Shown piece by piece: positions 45,824-58,616 of a stretch of 64,000 bases of DNA. The notes beneath the pieces were generated by a model, which was not told the DNA's origin, did no database searches, and saw only the letters and a list, made by a program, of their open reading frames with translations. A program made the translations under genes and the position numbers. Each line of letters starts with the position of its first letter. Position 1 is the first letter of the stretch. The stretch comes from Azolla caroliniana (Eukaryota; Plantae; Polypodiophyta), in NCBI GenBank assembly GCA_043228905.1, contig JBHGNT010000007.1:10044001-10108000 (forward strand). The letters run 5' to 3'.

Positions 45824-48800
45824 ATGGAGTCCATGAGCAAACGGGGAATATATGTGCATCCTTTCTGAACTCGACATGCTCACGAATAAATTTGTGGCAT
45901 TAGGGCAAGAAAATCAATGGCTACTCAAGGACCTACAACACGTGAGTACCGAGAAAGTGCAACAATATGAAAAGTTGTCACAATAGGTTCGCCAACTCGA
46001 GGCTACTATATTATCATTACTGGACCAAGCATTGAGGGTTCAAAACTACCCCAAAGAACCGAAGATTAGCCTCCCTGCTAAGTTTGATGGTACGAGGTCT
46101 CTATTTCGAGGCTTTTTGAATCAAGTACGTTTGGTTATTTAGTTACATCCTAATCGGTACCCAATGAAAGTTGCTCGTGCAGGATTAGTAGGAACCTTGC
46201 TAAGTAAGTAGTATAACACTAGCATGTTTTGCACCACACCTCGAGAAGAAATCACCATCGTTGGAGGATTTTGAGGCGTTTGTTAAGGAGTTTCAAGCTA
46301 GCTTCGGAGACACCGACAACACTAGGACAACAATAAACAAGATTCAAAGGCTCCGACAAGGAGATCATCCCGCATCGGCTTACGCAGCCGATTTTTGTCT
46401 CTTGGCATGCGATATCCCTTGGGATGAGGCGACTCTAATGGATCAATTCCATCAAGGTTTGCGTAATCATGTCAAAGATCTTCTTACCTTCCATGAAGAT
46501 CTGACATCTCTTACAGAGGCAATTAGTCGAGTTGTGCGATGTGATAATCGCCTATTTGAGCGATGTTCGGAGCGCCAACAAATGTTATGCCGCCAACCGG
46601 AACAAACGTACACTTCTGTAGTCGCAACGCCTCCACAAGTTTCTAGACCCATCACGAGGGATGGCACAACTTCAATGGAAATAGAGTCAACACAACGTTA
46701 GGGGCCCTTATCGGATGTTGAGAAGCAACAACGTCGAGCACACCGTTTATGTCTATATTGTGGGGTTCCAGGATATATAGCCGTGAACTGTCCACATAAA
46801 CCTAGACGTCAAGTATACCAAGTAAGTGCACAAGAAAACCCTACTTCAAGCTCCATTATTACTTCTAATAACATAAATAAGCCTAATAGTTCATGCCATG
46901 AGAATAGATTCAATGTCTTGAGCCAATTAGAGGATGTGTTAAACGAGTAAGTGTGGCCAAAATAGGAGCCATTTGGTTGGACCATCCTAGATATGTAGAG
47001 TTAGTTCCTAGTCGTGGTTCCATTTCATCAAATCAAGCTAGTTGAGTTTTTTCTACACAAGTTGAGCTTAGCACATCTACATGTCATCGAGTCCTAGCCT
47101 CTGCCCTCCTAGATTGTGGAGTTAACTCTTGCTTCATGGATTGTGAGTTTGCATTGACACAAAACATCGTCTTGAATAAGCTCCCGAACCCAGTAGCCAT
47201 AGAAGTCATCGATGGCCGTCCCATAGCATCAATTGATATAGTCGAAGATTCCGAGCCAATTCGTGTAGTTCTTGGTGATTTGGCAAGCATAATCTCTTTC
47301 AACATTATTCGTAGTCCAAAACACCCATTAGTTCTAGGTCTCCCTTGGTTTGAACTACATAACCCGAAGATTGATTGGATGAAAAGAACAATTGAGGAGT
47401 CCTAAGAAAAAAGAACTACACTCGCATCCCTCAACACTCCGATATTTGATACTGGATCCCATAAGCTATCAACTATCTCTCTCCATCAGTTACATGAGGA
47501 AGGGTGGAATGAGGACATGTTCGTATTTGTGATCGTAGCAACTCCATCAAGCCCATCACCCGTCTTATCGAAGCCAGACGTCCAATTACCAAAAAAATAC
47601 AAAGAGTTCTTAGACGTCTTTGATAAGGTGAAGGCAAATACAGTGCTAGAGCATAGGCCATATGACTTCCCTATTGACTTACAACCAGGGAAAGAACCGC
47701 CATGGGGGCCAATTTATAATCTCTCACCTGTAGAGCTAGAGATTTTGCGGGAATATATCGATGAGAACCTGTCAAACGGATTCATCTAGCATTCTAGATC
47801 CTGTACTGGTGCACCTACAGTCTTTGTTAAGAAGAAAAACGGGTCTCTTCGGTTGGTCGTGGATTATCGAGGGCTGAACAAAGTGACTATCTAGAATAAA
47901 TATGCTTTACCATTGATCTCGAACCTTTTGGAAAGTCTCCGTGGAGCAAAATATTTCACAAAATTGGACCTTCGCGGTGCATATAATCTAGTTCAAATTC
48001 ATCCAGGGGATGAATGGAAGACTGCTTTTCGCACTCGCTATGGACATTTCAAGTATACCGTGATGCCATTCGATCTCACAAATGCACCAGCAGTTTTCCA
48101 ACATATGGAAAATGATATTTTTCAAGATTTTCTTGATATCTTCACTATAGTTTACCTAGACGACATTTTGATCTACTCGAAGACTAAAGAGGAGCATGAT
48201 AAACATGTTCGTTAGGTATTACGTCGACTACGAGAATATAGTCTCCATGCAAAATTAGAAAAGTATAGTTTTGGCCAGAATCAAGTGGAGTTTTTGGGGT
48301 ATGCTGTATCATCAACTCGTACCTCTATGGATCCAATGAAGGTTCAAAAATTTTTAGATTGGCAAACGCCCCTTTTAGTGCAATGTTTTCTTGGGTTTGC
48401 AAATTTTTATCATAAATTCATTAAAAATTATTCCAAGGTCGTGCTTCCGCTCACCCAACTCACACTCAAAAATCAACCATTCATATAGAGTTCAGAGTAA
48501 CCGAGGCATTCGAAAGTTTAAAATGAGCATTTACAATAGCCCCAAAACACGCTTCATCCTTGAAGCTGATGCGTCCGACTTTGCATTACGAAGTTTTCTA
48601 TCGCAGACTGGAGCTGACAAGCAGCTAAATCCTATTGCTTTTCATTCCCGAAAATTTGAAGCTGTAGAGATTAACTACGAGATCCATGACAAAGAGCTTC
48701 TGGCAATAGTGGATTCTTGTCAACAATGGTGACATTTTCTGGAAGGTTCTTCTCAACACATCATTGTCTACAATGATCACAAGAAACTGACATATTTCCA

Positions 48801-51800
48801 AAATGCTCGAGTCTTAAGTCGACGACAAGCTCATTGGGCGCAATTTTTTACTCACTTCGACTTTGTAATCATATATCTCCCAAGGATGCAGCAAGGAAAA
48901 GCGGATGCTCTTTCTTGACGCTCTTATATGGAACTTCGTCCAGGAGAACCAGTTTTTGAGCATAAAAAACAAATCCTTTTGGGTCCTAATCGCCTACAAT
49001 TAATGGCAGTTCATTCCATAACCACACTTGGGGATTCCACTCTTCTTGATTCCATTCGAGATCATATGGCTACTGATGTGTTCGCAAAAGATGTTTTGGA
49101 TCATATCATCCCAGATCGTGCTTCTTGCTCGCAGACGCAAAACCCCCATACTGACTATAGTCATTCTATTGGCATGGTGGTTTTCTGTTTCGACAAAACC
49201 TATTGTATGTTCCTGATGGTCCCCCACTCTTGCAAGACTTACAACATTGCCATGATACACCAATGGTTGGACATTTTGGAGTCGCCAAAACTCTAGAATT
49301 AGTTTCTTGACGATATGGGTGGCCTCGACTTCGTCATTTTGTGAAGAAATATGTTCATGGTTGTGATACATGTTGTCGATCAAAGAGTCCTCCACACCGA
49401 TCATATGGTTTACTACAACCACTTCCAATTCCTGAAAATCCTTGGAAGTCTATATCCTTGGATTTCATTGCCGATCTCCTAGTTTCGAGGGGTTTCCATA
49501 CCATTCTAACCGTGGTCAATCGACTTACCAAGATGACACATTTCTTCCCATGTACAAAGTCTATTACTAATCAAGAGATAGTTGATCTAGTTATGTGGGA
49601 GGTATTCAAGCATCATGGTCTTCCAGACAATATTATTAATGATCGAGGTTCACAATTAATCTCAAAGTTTTGGAAGCACATGTTAAAACTTCTCTAAGTT
49701 TCGGCTACGCTTTATTCGGGCTATCATCTAGAGACTAATGGCCAAATCGAGCGTACCAACCAGACTTTGGAGCAATATCTTTGTTTTTTCATCAACTATC
49801 AACAAGATGATTGGGTTGATTTTTTGCACTTGGCTAAATTCGCTTATAACAACTCGATCCATTCTTCTACAGGATATTCTCCATTTTTCACAAATACGGG
49901 TTCTCATCCTCGTTGGACGATGACTAAACACCCCGGAGTTCCTATCAACCCTATTATTATGGATTGTCTTAGTCGCCTCCAAGAAATTCACGCTACCATA
50001 CGATGACTGAACACCTCAGAGTTCCTATCAACCCTGCTGCTATGGATCGTCTCAATCGCCTCCAAGAAATTCACTCTACCATTCTCCACAATTTGCGTGA
50101 TTCTCAAAGTACATACAAGAGGATTGCGGACCGTCATCACCTAGACTCCTCAAAAAAGTTTCATGTTAGGGATCGTGTATGGCTTATACAACACAACATC
50201 AAGACCACTAGGCCTTGCAGTAAAATAGATTACCAACGCTTTGGCCCGTACGAGATCACTGGTAAGATAAGCGATGTTGCATTTCGTCTTGGCCTCCCTC
50301 CTCACATGCATATTCACCCGATGTTTCATGTCTCCCTTCTCGAACCTTACACCACAAGTTCAATACCAGGTCGTCTTACAACTTCCCCACCACCTCTAGA
50401 GTTTTTGGAAGGACCGGACTTTGAGGTTGCTGCCATTCTCGATTCCAAGATCGTGCGTAACAAGTTTGTTGAGAGACAAGCTCAACATCGGCTAGATCGG
50501 CTGAAGAAGCCGAGGACCGGATCGGTTGGGACCGATCGGTTAGGCCGAGTGCGTAAACCGGGAGTCATTAGGAAAGATATTCGGTGAGGAATATATTTGG
50601 GAGTTAGTGTAGGAGCTCTCAATGAGCATTGAAGTACTGTCACTACTTCGGTTAGTCCTTCTAGGACTTGTATAAAAGTGTTCTCTGAGCACGTCTTATG
50701 TACAGACTGAGTATTATTGTTGAATATAGTTTTTGTGTCTTCTCTCTCACTCTCTCTGTCTCTCCCGCGTATACCGTGTAAGCTCAAGCTCTCCATTAAA
50801 CCTGAGTTTCCTTCCTTCTGTTCGGTCTTAATACCTGCTTCCGCACGCTACTTTTTACATGGTATCAGAGTGCAAGGGTTGAGAACCTCTCTGTAGCCGA
50901 CACAGCTTGACGAAGAAAAACGAGAAGAACGATGGATAGAGGCATGGCGAGCTCGCTTCCAACAGAGAAGCTCGACAGAATCAACTACGCGTCTTGGTCC
51001 TACAAGATACACCAATACCTGCTCGGGCACGGCTACTGGAGTTATGTCGAAGGAGCTAATGACGCGGCACCCGAATCGACACACAGAGACTTCCCGTCGT
51101 GGGAGTAATCGGCGAGCAGGGTATTGTACTACTTCGCGTCGTGTGTGGGCGAACAACTATTGAGCTATGTTCGGGATGCAAAGATGCCGAAGGGTGCGTG
51201 GGAAAATCTGAAGAAGAATTTCGCCGCGAGCACCACAGCCAGGAAGCTTCAGCTCCGACAGGAGTTCAACAACCTACGACAACGCCACTTGTCGGTGGCG
51301 GACTATACCTCGAAGATCAAGGATATCTGCGATTCCCTCACCTCCATAGAGGTGAACATCGAGGAGAGCGAGATGGTCCAGATCTGTCTCGGAGGTTTAG
51401 CGTCGAAGTTCGGAGCGTTCCGAACGGCTGTGTGTACCCGGGAGAATACGCCATCCTTTTTCAACTTACAGTCGTTGCTCCTGGTAGAGGAGAATCACGC
51501 GGGTGCGTCGACGAGCACACACACCGACAGCAAGATGTTGTACACGGAGGAAGAAAGGCCCCGTGGTCGTGGCGGACGAGGCGAGTCGGTACGCAATGGA
51601 AGCGGCCGACGAGATCAAGGAAGATGGCACCGAAGTGATGCCGACAGCAACTTCGGACCCTCCGGAAACAGGGGGAATCGAAGCGATGAGAACCAGCAAG
51701 GGAAGGCCATCGCCGAGTGCTAGTACTATGGCAAGAAAGGCCACAGGGAAAGTCAGTGCTGGAAGAAGCGCACCGATTCGGAGAGAACCGGTTCCAGAAA

Positions 51801-54800
51801 CGGTTGCGAACATACCGACAAGGGTAATCGGCAGCGATCACACTACGCCCAAGACTCTGGGAGAGTCGGAGAAGGGTTTGTCTTCAGGATGAGACACGAA
51901 GCAAACTGAATGAAACAGACCACCCCGAGATCGCACGAGGTGTGGTACGTAGACTCCGGCGCGTCAAACCACATGACGAGCCATAAGGAGTAGTTCTTGA
52001 ACCTTGAAAAACCGATACAACCTAGAGTAGTCGCAACTGGAGACGACACTCCGCATCCGATCGCGAATGTCGGAGAAGTTCCCCTTAGCCATGTCGGGCA
52101 GAAAGGGAAACTCATGAACGTGTTGCACATTCCGACAATCACGAAGAACTTGGTCTCGGTGGGACAGATCATCGACCAAGGGATGGAGGTTCGGTTTACA
52201 CACCTCGGGTGCTTCATTGAGGAAGAAGGCCGTGTGATTGCGCAAGGGCGCAGAGACGGGAGGATGTTCATCCTCGACTCCACTAACGGCGGCACCGCAA
52301 TGTTCGCGAAGGGAAGAAAACCGAGTCGGACATCGACTTGTGGCATAGGCGGATAGGCCACATCAACTACCAGCGGCTTCAAGATCTGCAATCGAAACAG
52401 GTAGTGTTCGGATTGCCCAAATTTAGTGGCCGAAAGGCACAAATTTGTGAAGCCTGCCAGCTCGGGAAGCAACACCGACTTCCTTTCCCCAACGAGCAAA
52501 ACTGGAGCCGGAACAAGCTCGACCTTATACACTCCAATGTATGGGGGCCGGCACAAAACGTTAGTCTTGGCAGGAGCCGATATTTCGTCTCCTTCATCGA
52601 CGACCACACGCGGCACATGTGGATCTACCTCATTGAGAGGAAGAGCGAAGTCTTCGACCGTTTCCGGGACCTCAAAGGGTTCGTGGAAGCCGAAACAGGA
52701 CGAAAGATCAAGTGCTTGCAGTCGGATGGCGGGAAAGAGTTCTTTTCCGGTCAATTCAACGGTTACCTACAACAAATGGGAATTCGCCGCGAATGCAGTT
52801 GTAGATACACGCCAGAGCAAAACGGCGTGGCCGAGAGGAAGAATCGGTCAGTTGTGGAAGCGGCACGGGCAATGCTGGAGGAGAAGAGCTTGCCCAAGTT
52901 CTACTGGGCCGAGGCAGTAAGGACCGCGGTATACATCCAGAACCGGATTGGAGACAAGGTGTCGGCGCACGAGCTATATTTCGGAACGAAGCCGAACTTG
53001 TGACACTTGAGGGTGTTCCGTAGAATTGCGTATGTGCATATACCAAAGGAGAAAAGGAGGAAGCTGGACGGAAAGGCCGAGAAATGCATCTTGGTCGGTT
53101 ACTCGGACGAGCGAAAGGGTTATAAGTGTTATAACCCTTGCACCAAACAAGCACGTGTCAGCCGCGACGTTGTGTTTGACGAGTCCACGTCCTGGTACCT
53201 GCCCCGGACTACGAACCTCGACTCCAATCCGAGCTCGGACGATGAGGTCAGCGAGGCCGAGATGCCTCCGGATGAGCCCGAAATCGAGATCCGCGAAGAG
53301 AGTCCGATTTCACTCCGGTTAAGTAGACCGATTGGACGACTGAGTCGGTACGACCAGTCCGATGAAGAGTCGGCGAGTAGTGGAGACCCGGCCGTGCATT
53401 CCCCGCACAGGAAGCCGAGAAGACGTCTTATGCGCAAAGAGAAAGGGAAGAAGAAGGTGTCGGATTCCGGCACGGAAAGGAACGAGTCAAACCGATGCGA
53501 GTCCGACTCTGAGGGAACCGGTGACGAGTCTTTAAAGATGAAGACCGCGTCAACCGAGAAGGCCTCGACATCGGCTAATGTGAGATTACGCCGATCTACC
53601 CGCCAGAAGAATCCTGTTTTGCAGTTCGAATACAACGAGTACATGGCACATCATTGTGCGTACATGACCCGTGTAGCGGAAGTGCGTGAGCCGGAGAGTT
53701 ACGCAGAAGCGGCGAAGGACGCGAATTGGCGCGCCGCGATGGAGAAAGAGATGCACGCATTGGCGGAGAACGAGACCTGGGACCTGGTTGATGCACCGAA
53801 GGGTGTGAAGCCGATCGGGTGTAGGTGGGTGTACAAAGTCAAGTACAACACCGATGGCTAGTGGCAAAGGGCTACGCACAGAAACACGGCATCGACTACG
53901 ATGAGACGTTTGTGCCGGTCGCGAAAATGACGATCGTCCGTGTTTTGTTCGCAGTAGCCGCGGCCAAGGCGTGGCACCTACATCAGATGGATGTAAAGAA
54001 TGCGTTCGTACAAGGTGACCTTGAGGAACAGGTGTACATGGTACAGCCCCCTGGATTTCACTCTGGAACGAACTCCTTGGCAATATGCCGACTGAAGAAG
54101 TCCCTTTACGGACTGAAGCAAGCCCCGCGTGCTTGGAACGCGAAGATCACGCAACGACTGCGTCGGTTGGGCTTCGTCACGTCAAAATCGGACTCTTCCC
54201 TGTTCATCCGGAAAGGTCGACTCGGACCGGTTAGTATTTTACTGTATGTTGATGACTTGGTCATCACCGGCGCCGACCTAGGTGAAATCCACCGCGTGAA
54301 GCTCCAGCTTGCGGCATCGTTCGACATGAAAGATCTAGGGGACCTTCATTACTTCCTCGGGATCGAAGTGATCCGTACCCCCGAAGGCATATTGATTAGC
54401 CAATGTCATTACGTGTTGACTATGCTCTTCAAACTCGGGATGGCCAACTGTAAGTCCATGTCGACTCCTCTGGACAGAACCGTCAAGCTTCGTCCCGATA
54501 CGGGAAAGGTATGCGACCCGACGAGGTTCCGACAAATTGTCAGTAGCCTCATATACTTGACCATCACCCGACCCTACCTTAGTTATCCGCTCGGAGTGAT
54601 CAGTCAATTCATGGCACGACCTACCGAGGAGCACCTTCAGTGAGCGCAACGCGTACTTCGGTACATAAGCGGCACTAAGGACCGCGGATTGCTATATCGG
54701 ACCGGTGCAGCCGCGTAGTTAGTCGGCTACACCGATGCTGATTGGGCTGGCAACGCCGCCGATCGCCGATCCACGTCCGGATACGCGTTCTCCCTCGGGA

Positions 54801-56280
54801 GTGCCGCGATCGCGTGGAGCAGTAAGAAGCAGCCGACAATTGCACTGTCGAGCACCAAAGCTGAGTACCGAGGAGCGGCTGTTGCGACATGCGAAGCCAT
54901 ATGGTTGAAGCGGCTTCTTAAGGACCTGCAAGAGGAGGTGTCAGATCCGACGACGATCTACTGCAACAACCTCAGCAGCATCCAGCTCGCGAGAAACCCT
55001 GTTTTCCACGCACAGACCAAGCACATTGAGGTGCACTACCATTTCGTCCGTGAGCGTGTCCTTTCCAGTGAAGTCGAACTTCAGTACGTGCCGACGGATC
55101 AACAGACTGCCGACATCTTCACAAAGCCGCTTGGTCTGGACAAGTTGCGGCAATTCTCAGGTGCGCTCGGGTTGCGTCACCTTGACGTGCCGAACTTGAG
55201 GGGGAGAACAGTCCCGAACGACCAAGCAAGGCAGCAGGAAAGGAGCGGACACCGCGACACCGAGTCGGTTGACAAGTTCGACATCGGATCGGCTGAAGAA
55301 GCCGAGGGCGGACCCGCGGAAAAGTTCGGAAGCAGACAGAAGGGGAGCAACCGAAGGAGAGAGCCGAAGCCAACCACGCATGGGGAAGATGACGACATCG
55401 AAGGTGAGAAGACCGAAGACGAGTTGGAGACAGCCAACTCGGACGAGAGCGAAAACTGATCGGAGGTAGCCGAGTCGGTCCGAATGTTTGATTCAGATAC
55501 GCTGAATCAACCGAGGCCCAAGCAGAAGAAAAGGCAACAGGAGAAGCGTCAACACCGCAACAGCAGAAGAGCTAATAAGGGCCACATGAGCAAACAAGCC
55601 GACCGGAAGGGTCGAACCGCGCGGAGTCGAACAGGTCGAGGAGCGCGAGCAAGGCGTGAAGCCAGGAGGAACCGGAGCTGTGAGCCCAAGGATCCCGAAG
55701 AGCCTCGAGTTGAGCTTGAGGGGGAGTGTTGAGAGACAAGCTCAACATCAGCCGGATCGGCTGAAGAAGCCGAGAACTGGATCGGTTGGGACCGATCGGT
55801 TAGGCGGAGTGCGTAAACCGGGAGGTTGTTAGGAAAGATATTCCGTGAGGAATATATTTGGGAGTTAGTGTAGGAGCTCTCAATGAGCATTGAAGTACTA
55901 TCAGTAATTCGGTGAGTCCTTCTAGGACTTGTATAAAGGTGTTCTCTGAGCACATCTTATGTACAAACTGAGTATTATTGTTGAATATAGTTTTTGTGTC
56001 TTCTCTCTCACTCTCTCTGTCTCTCCCGCGTATACCGTGTAAGCTCAAACTCTCCATTAAATCTAAGTTTCCTTCCTTCTGTTCGGTCTTAATACCTGCT
56101 TCCGCATGCTACTTATTACAAAGTTCTATTACTTGGTCGATTGGTTAGGCTATACACCCAATGATCGAACTTGGCAACCTGCAACAAATCTTATCAACGT
56201 TGCGGACATGCTCACCGAATTTCATCGACAATATCCTCATAAGCCAGGTCCCAATGATACATGTTGTCGAAGAAGATGGA
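45824..56280 (+). pseudogene. Gypsy G gag-pol with chromodomain (split by Copia E)
   Basis: CLYCGVPGYIAVNC knuckle; LLDCG protease; KLDLRGAY / YLDD; EADASD; CDTC / ISLDFI; FEVAAILDSKIVRNKF|YYLVDWLGY..TWQP chromodomain. Confidence 0.9.
50467..56120 (+). mobile_element. Full-length degenerate Copia element E (LTRs 50467-50859 and 55727-56120), TSD AAGTT
   Basis: AAGTT at 50462-66 and 56121-25; PBS TGGTATCAGAG; PPT GAGGGGGAG; [29 protein letters not shown]. Confidence 0.95.
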
Positions 56281-56283
56281 TAG

Positions 56284-56618
56284 TGTCATGATGACACTCA
56301 TACATGATTTGGGTTTACAAGGATTCGAACCCACAACCTTGTTATATACGTGTCGAATTCTTAGCCATTGTAATGATATATTTATATGTATAACAAATTT
56401 ATAAATTATATAGAATATTATAAAGTATTCTAGAGTATTGTATGTTCTAGAATATTTTAGCATACTCTTTATTCTAGGACTTTCTAGAATACCCTATTAG
56501 GACTTATAAATATGCATCTAATAATCAGGGATGAACCACTTTGGTTCAACATCATTTTAGAGCTCCCTTGTTGTTTACTCATTGTAATCCATCTTATAGT
56601 GCAATATATTATCTTTAC

Positions 56619-56674
<56 letters not shown>

Positions 56675-56773
56675 CTCTACCTCTCTCACTGTCTTGACAG
56701 TACTCTCTCTCTCACTGACTCACTCACTCTATCTCTACCTCTCTCTTTGTATTGATAGTTATATTATCTTGAC

Positions 56774-56819
<46 letters not shown>

Positions 56820-57025
56820 ACAATACTCTTGACAGTATGCTTTCTCTCTCTCTATCTCTCTCACTGTCTTGACAGTTATATTATCTTTACAATACTCTCT
56901 CTCTCTCTCTTGACACATTTGACCTCCGAAGACGATAATATAATCTATCTCTCTCTCTATCTATCTATCTATCTATCTCTCTCTCTATCTATCTATCTAT
57001 CTATCTCTCTCTCTCAGTCTTGACA
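56284..57025 (+). repeat. 3' LTR of Gypsy G, containing a tRNA-like cassette (rc 56311-56375) and a LINE tail fragment (56917-56945)
   Basis: TGTCA...TGACA termini; homologous to 29875-30378. Confidence 0.9.
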
Positions 57026-58616
57026 GGAGCAAGGTCACCTCGTCTGCAAGTTGAAGCAAAGCTTATATGGTCTAAAGCAAGCACCGTGAATGTGGTATCA
57101 TAAATTTAATACCTAAATTCACCAGCTCGGTTCCGGCTGGTCGGACTCCGATCCATGTATGTATATCCGACAAGTAGCAAACGAGTCCCGGATCTATCTG
57201 ATCCTATATGTCGACAACATACTCATCGCAAGCAACGATCGAGCCGAAATTGGAAAGCTGAAACGGAGCCTTCACGAGAAATTCGCGATGAAGGAGCTCG
57301 AACAAGCCCGCCATATATTAGGCATGCAGATAGAGCGAAATTGGATGGCAAAGATCCTTTGACTCTCCCAGTCAGACTACATCTGGAAGGTGTTGAAGCG
57401 ATTCAACATGGAGAACGCGAAGCTAGCACCAACTCCGTATTCACCTATGGCGGCAGATTCATATCCTGCACGTCGAAGCTTTAAGACTGTACAACCCTTT
57501 CGATAACAAAGGCCGAGTATATAGCTGCTTCGGAGGTAACGAAGGAAGCGATCTGGCTACATCGACCGTCGCCGATTTTTCGGCCAGAAGCCAAATCGAC
57601 CATCCGGCACCAACCCTGCATTGAGACTCATAGAGCGCAATACACCTCATTCGGAGTCCGGTTTATCATGCCAAAACAAAGCATATTGAGGTGTAGTACC
57701 ATCACATCTAGGAGGTTGTAACAAAGAAAACTGAAGTCCGGAAGATAGATACCGAGGTGAATATTGTTGATAGCCTGACGAAGCCACTCCTAGAACATCG
57801 CTTCGGAGCACTAAGAGAGCATATGGGACTACGACAAGCGACCAAGTAACAAAGAGCCGAACGAATAGATGCAACAAGTACAAGTTGAAGACCTATCAAA
57901 GATCTAGTGAGGAGCATAGGAGCGAGTGCAAGGAGAGATTTGGCTAAGGATGACTAGAGGCTGAAAGCCAGAATCAAACACCATCCGATCCAAACGAACG
58001 AGCCTATCTGGACACCATCCGATCCGGACTATCCAAATAGTACCAGATTCAGTCACTGACCGAATTAGGCCATATTCAGATGTAACCTCTTCCGATTTGG
58101 CCATAAGTCGATCCATTTGTAATTATACGACTATAGCTTTAGATTCAAATTGTAATCTAGGTTTACGGGGGAATTTGTTGGCATAAAAGGGTGACTCTAC
58201 CCACTTGTACCTCTAGTGTGAACACACGACCTAATTAGGGCTTAGCTATATAAAGCCCAACTAAGTCATTGAGAGCATGTGAGATTTTTGGAGGGAATAA
58301 GCAAGTCTGTCTTTGAGCCTAACTGAGTACAACTGTTCATGCTTCTTGATCTTTTGAATCTTGGTAACTATGCATATCAATTCTTCTTGTTATCTGTATT
58401 GTTGTTTATCCGACACTAACCTATAGGTCCTCATCTTTGGTTGCATAACATCTCCATATTCTTCACATTAGACATGACAATAGAGTTTATTTGAAGAAAC
58501 TAAACCTTTGTTTTGCCATAATGTGTACTATGGCAGATATGACAAACCAAGGTTTGTAAAACCAAGGATTATTTTGCATGAAGAATCATAAAAAATTCAA
58601 TGTAGAAGAACATCAA

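Larger units (their letters stand above)
29875..57025 (+). mobile_element. Tcn1-like chromodomain Ty3/Gypsy element G (5' LTR 29875-45730 interrupted by the LINE; 3' LTR 56284-57025)
   Basis: LTR homology between 29875- and 56284-; TSD GGAAC/GGAGC; PPT GAAGAAGATGGATAG; PKEPKISLPAKFDG gag, YLDD RT, chromodomain. Confidence 0.9.
27338..58450 (+). mobile_element. Old Copia element F (5' part missing), split by Gypsy G; 3' LTR 58176-58450
   Basis: WLLDFGAAF protease, FCEHC / IHTDIC integrase, RT split at 29874/57026 restoring GFTTMEEQGHLVCKLK, YVDN, RNase H, PPT GGGGGA before a TGTTG..TAACA LTR. Confidence 0.85.

Noticed and set aside
56541-57023. Hydrophobic L/S-rich ORF resembling a membrane protein
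   Set aside because: Translation of (CT)n/(CTAT)n microsatellites in an LTR.
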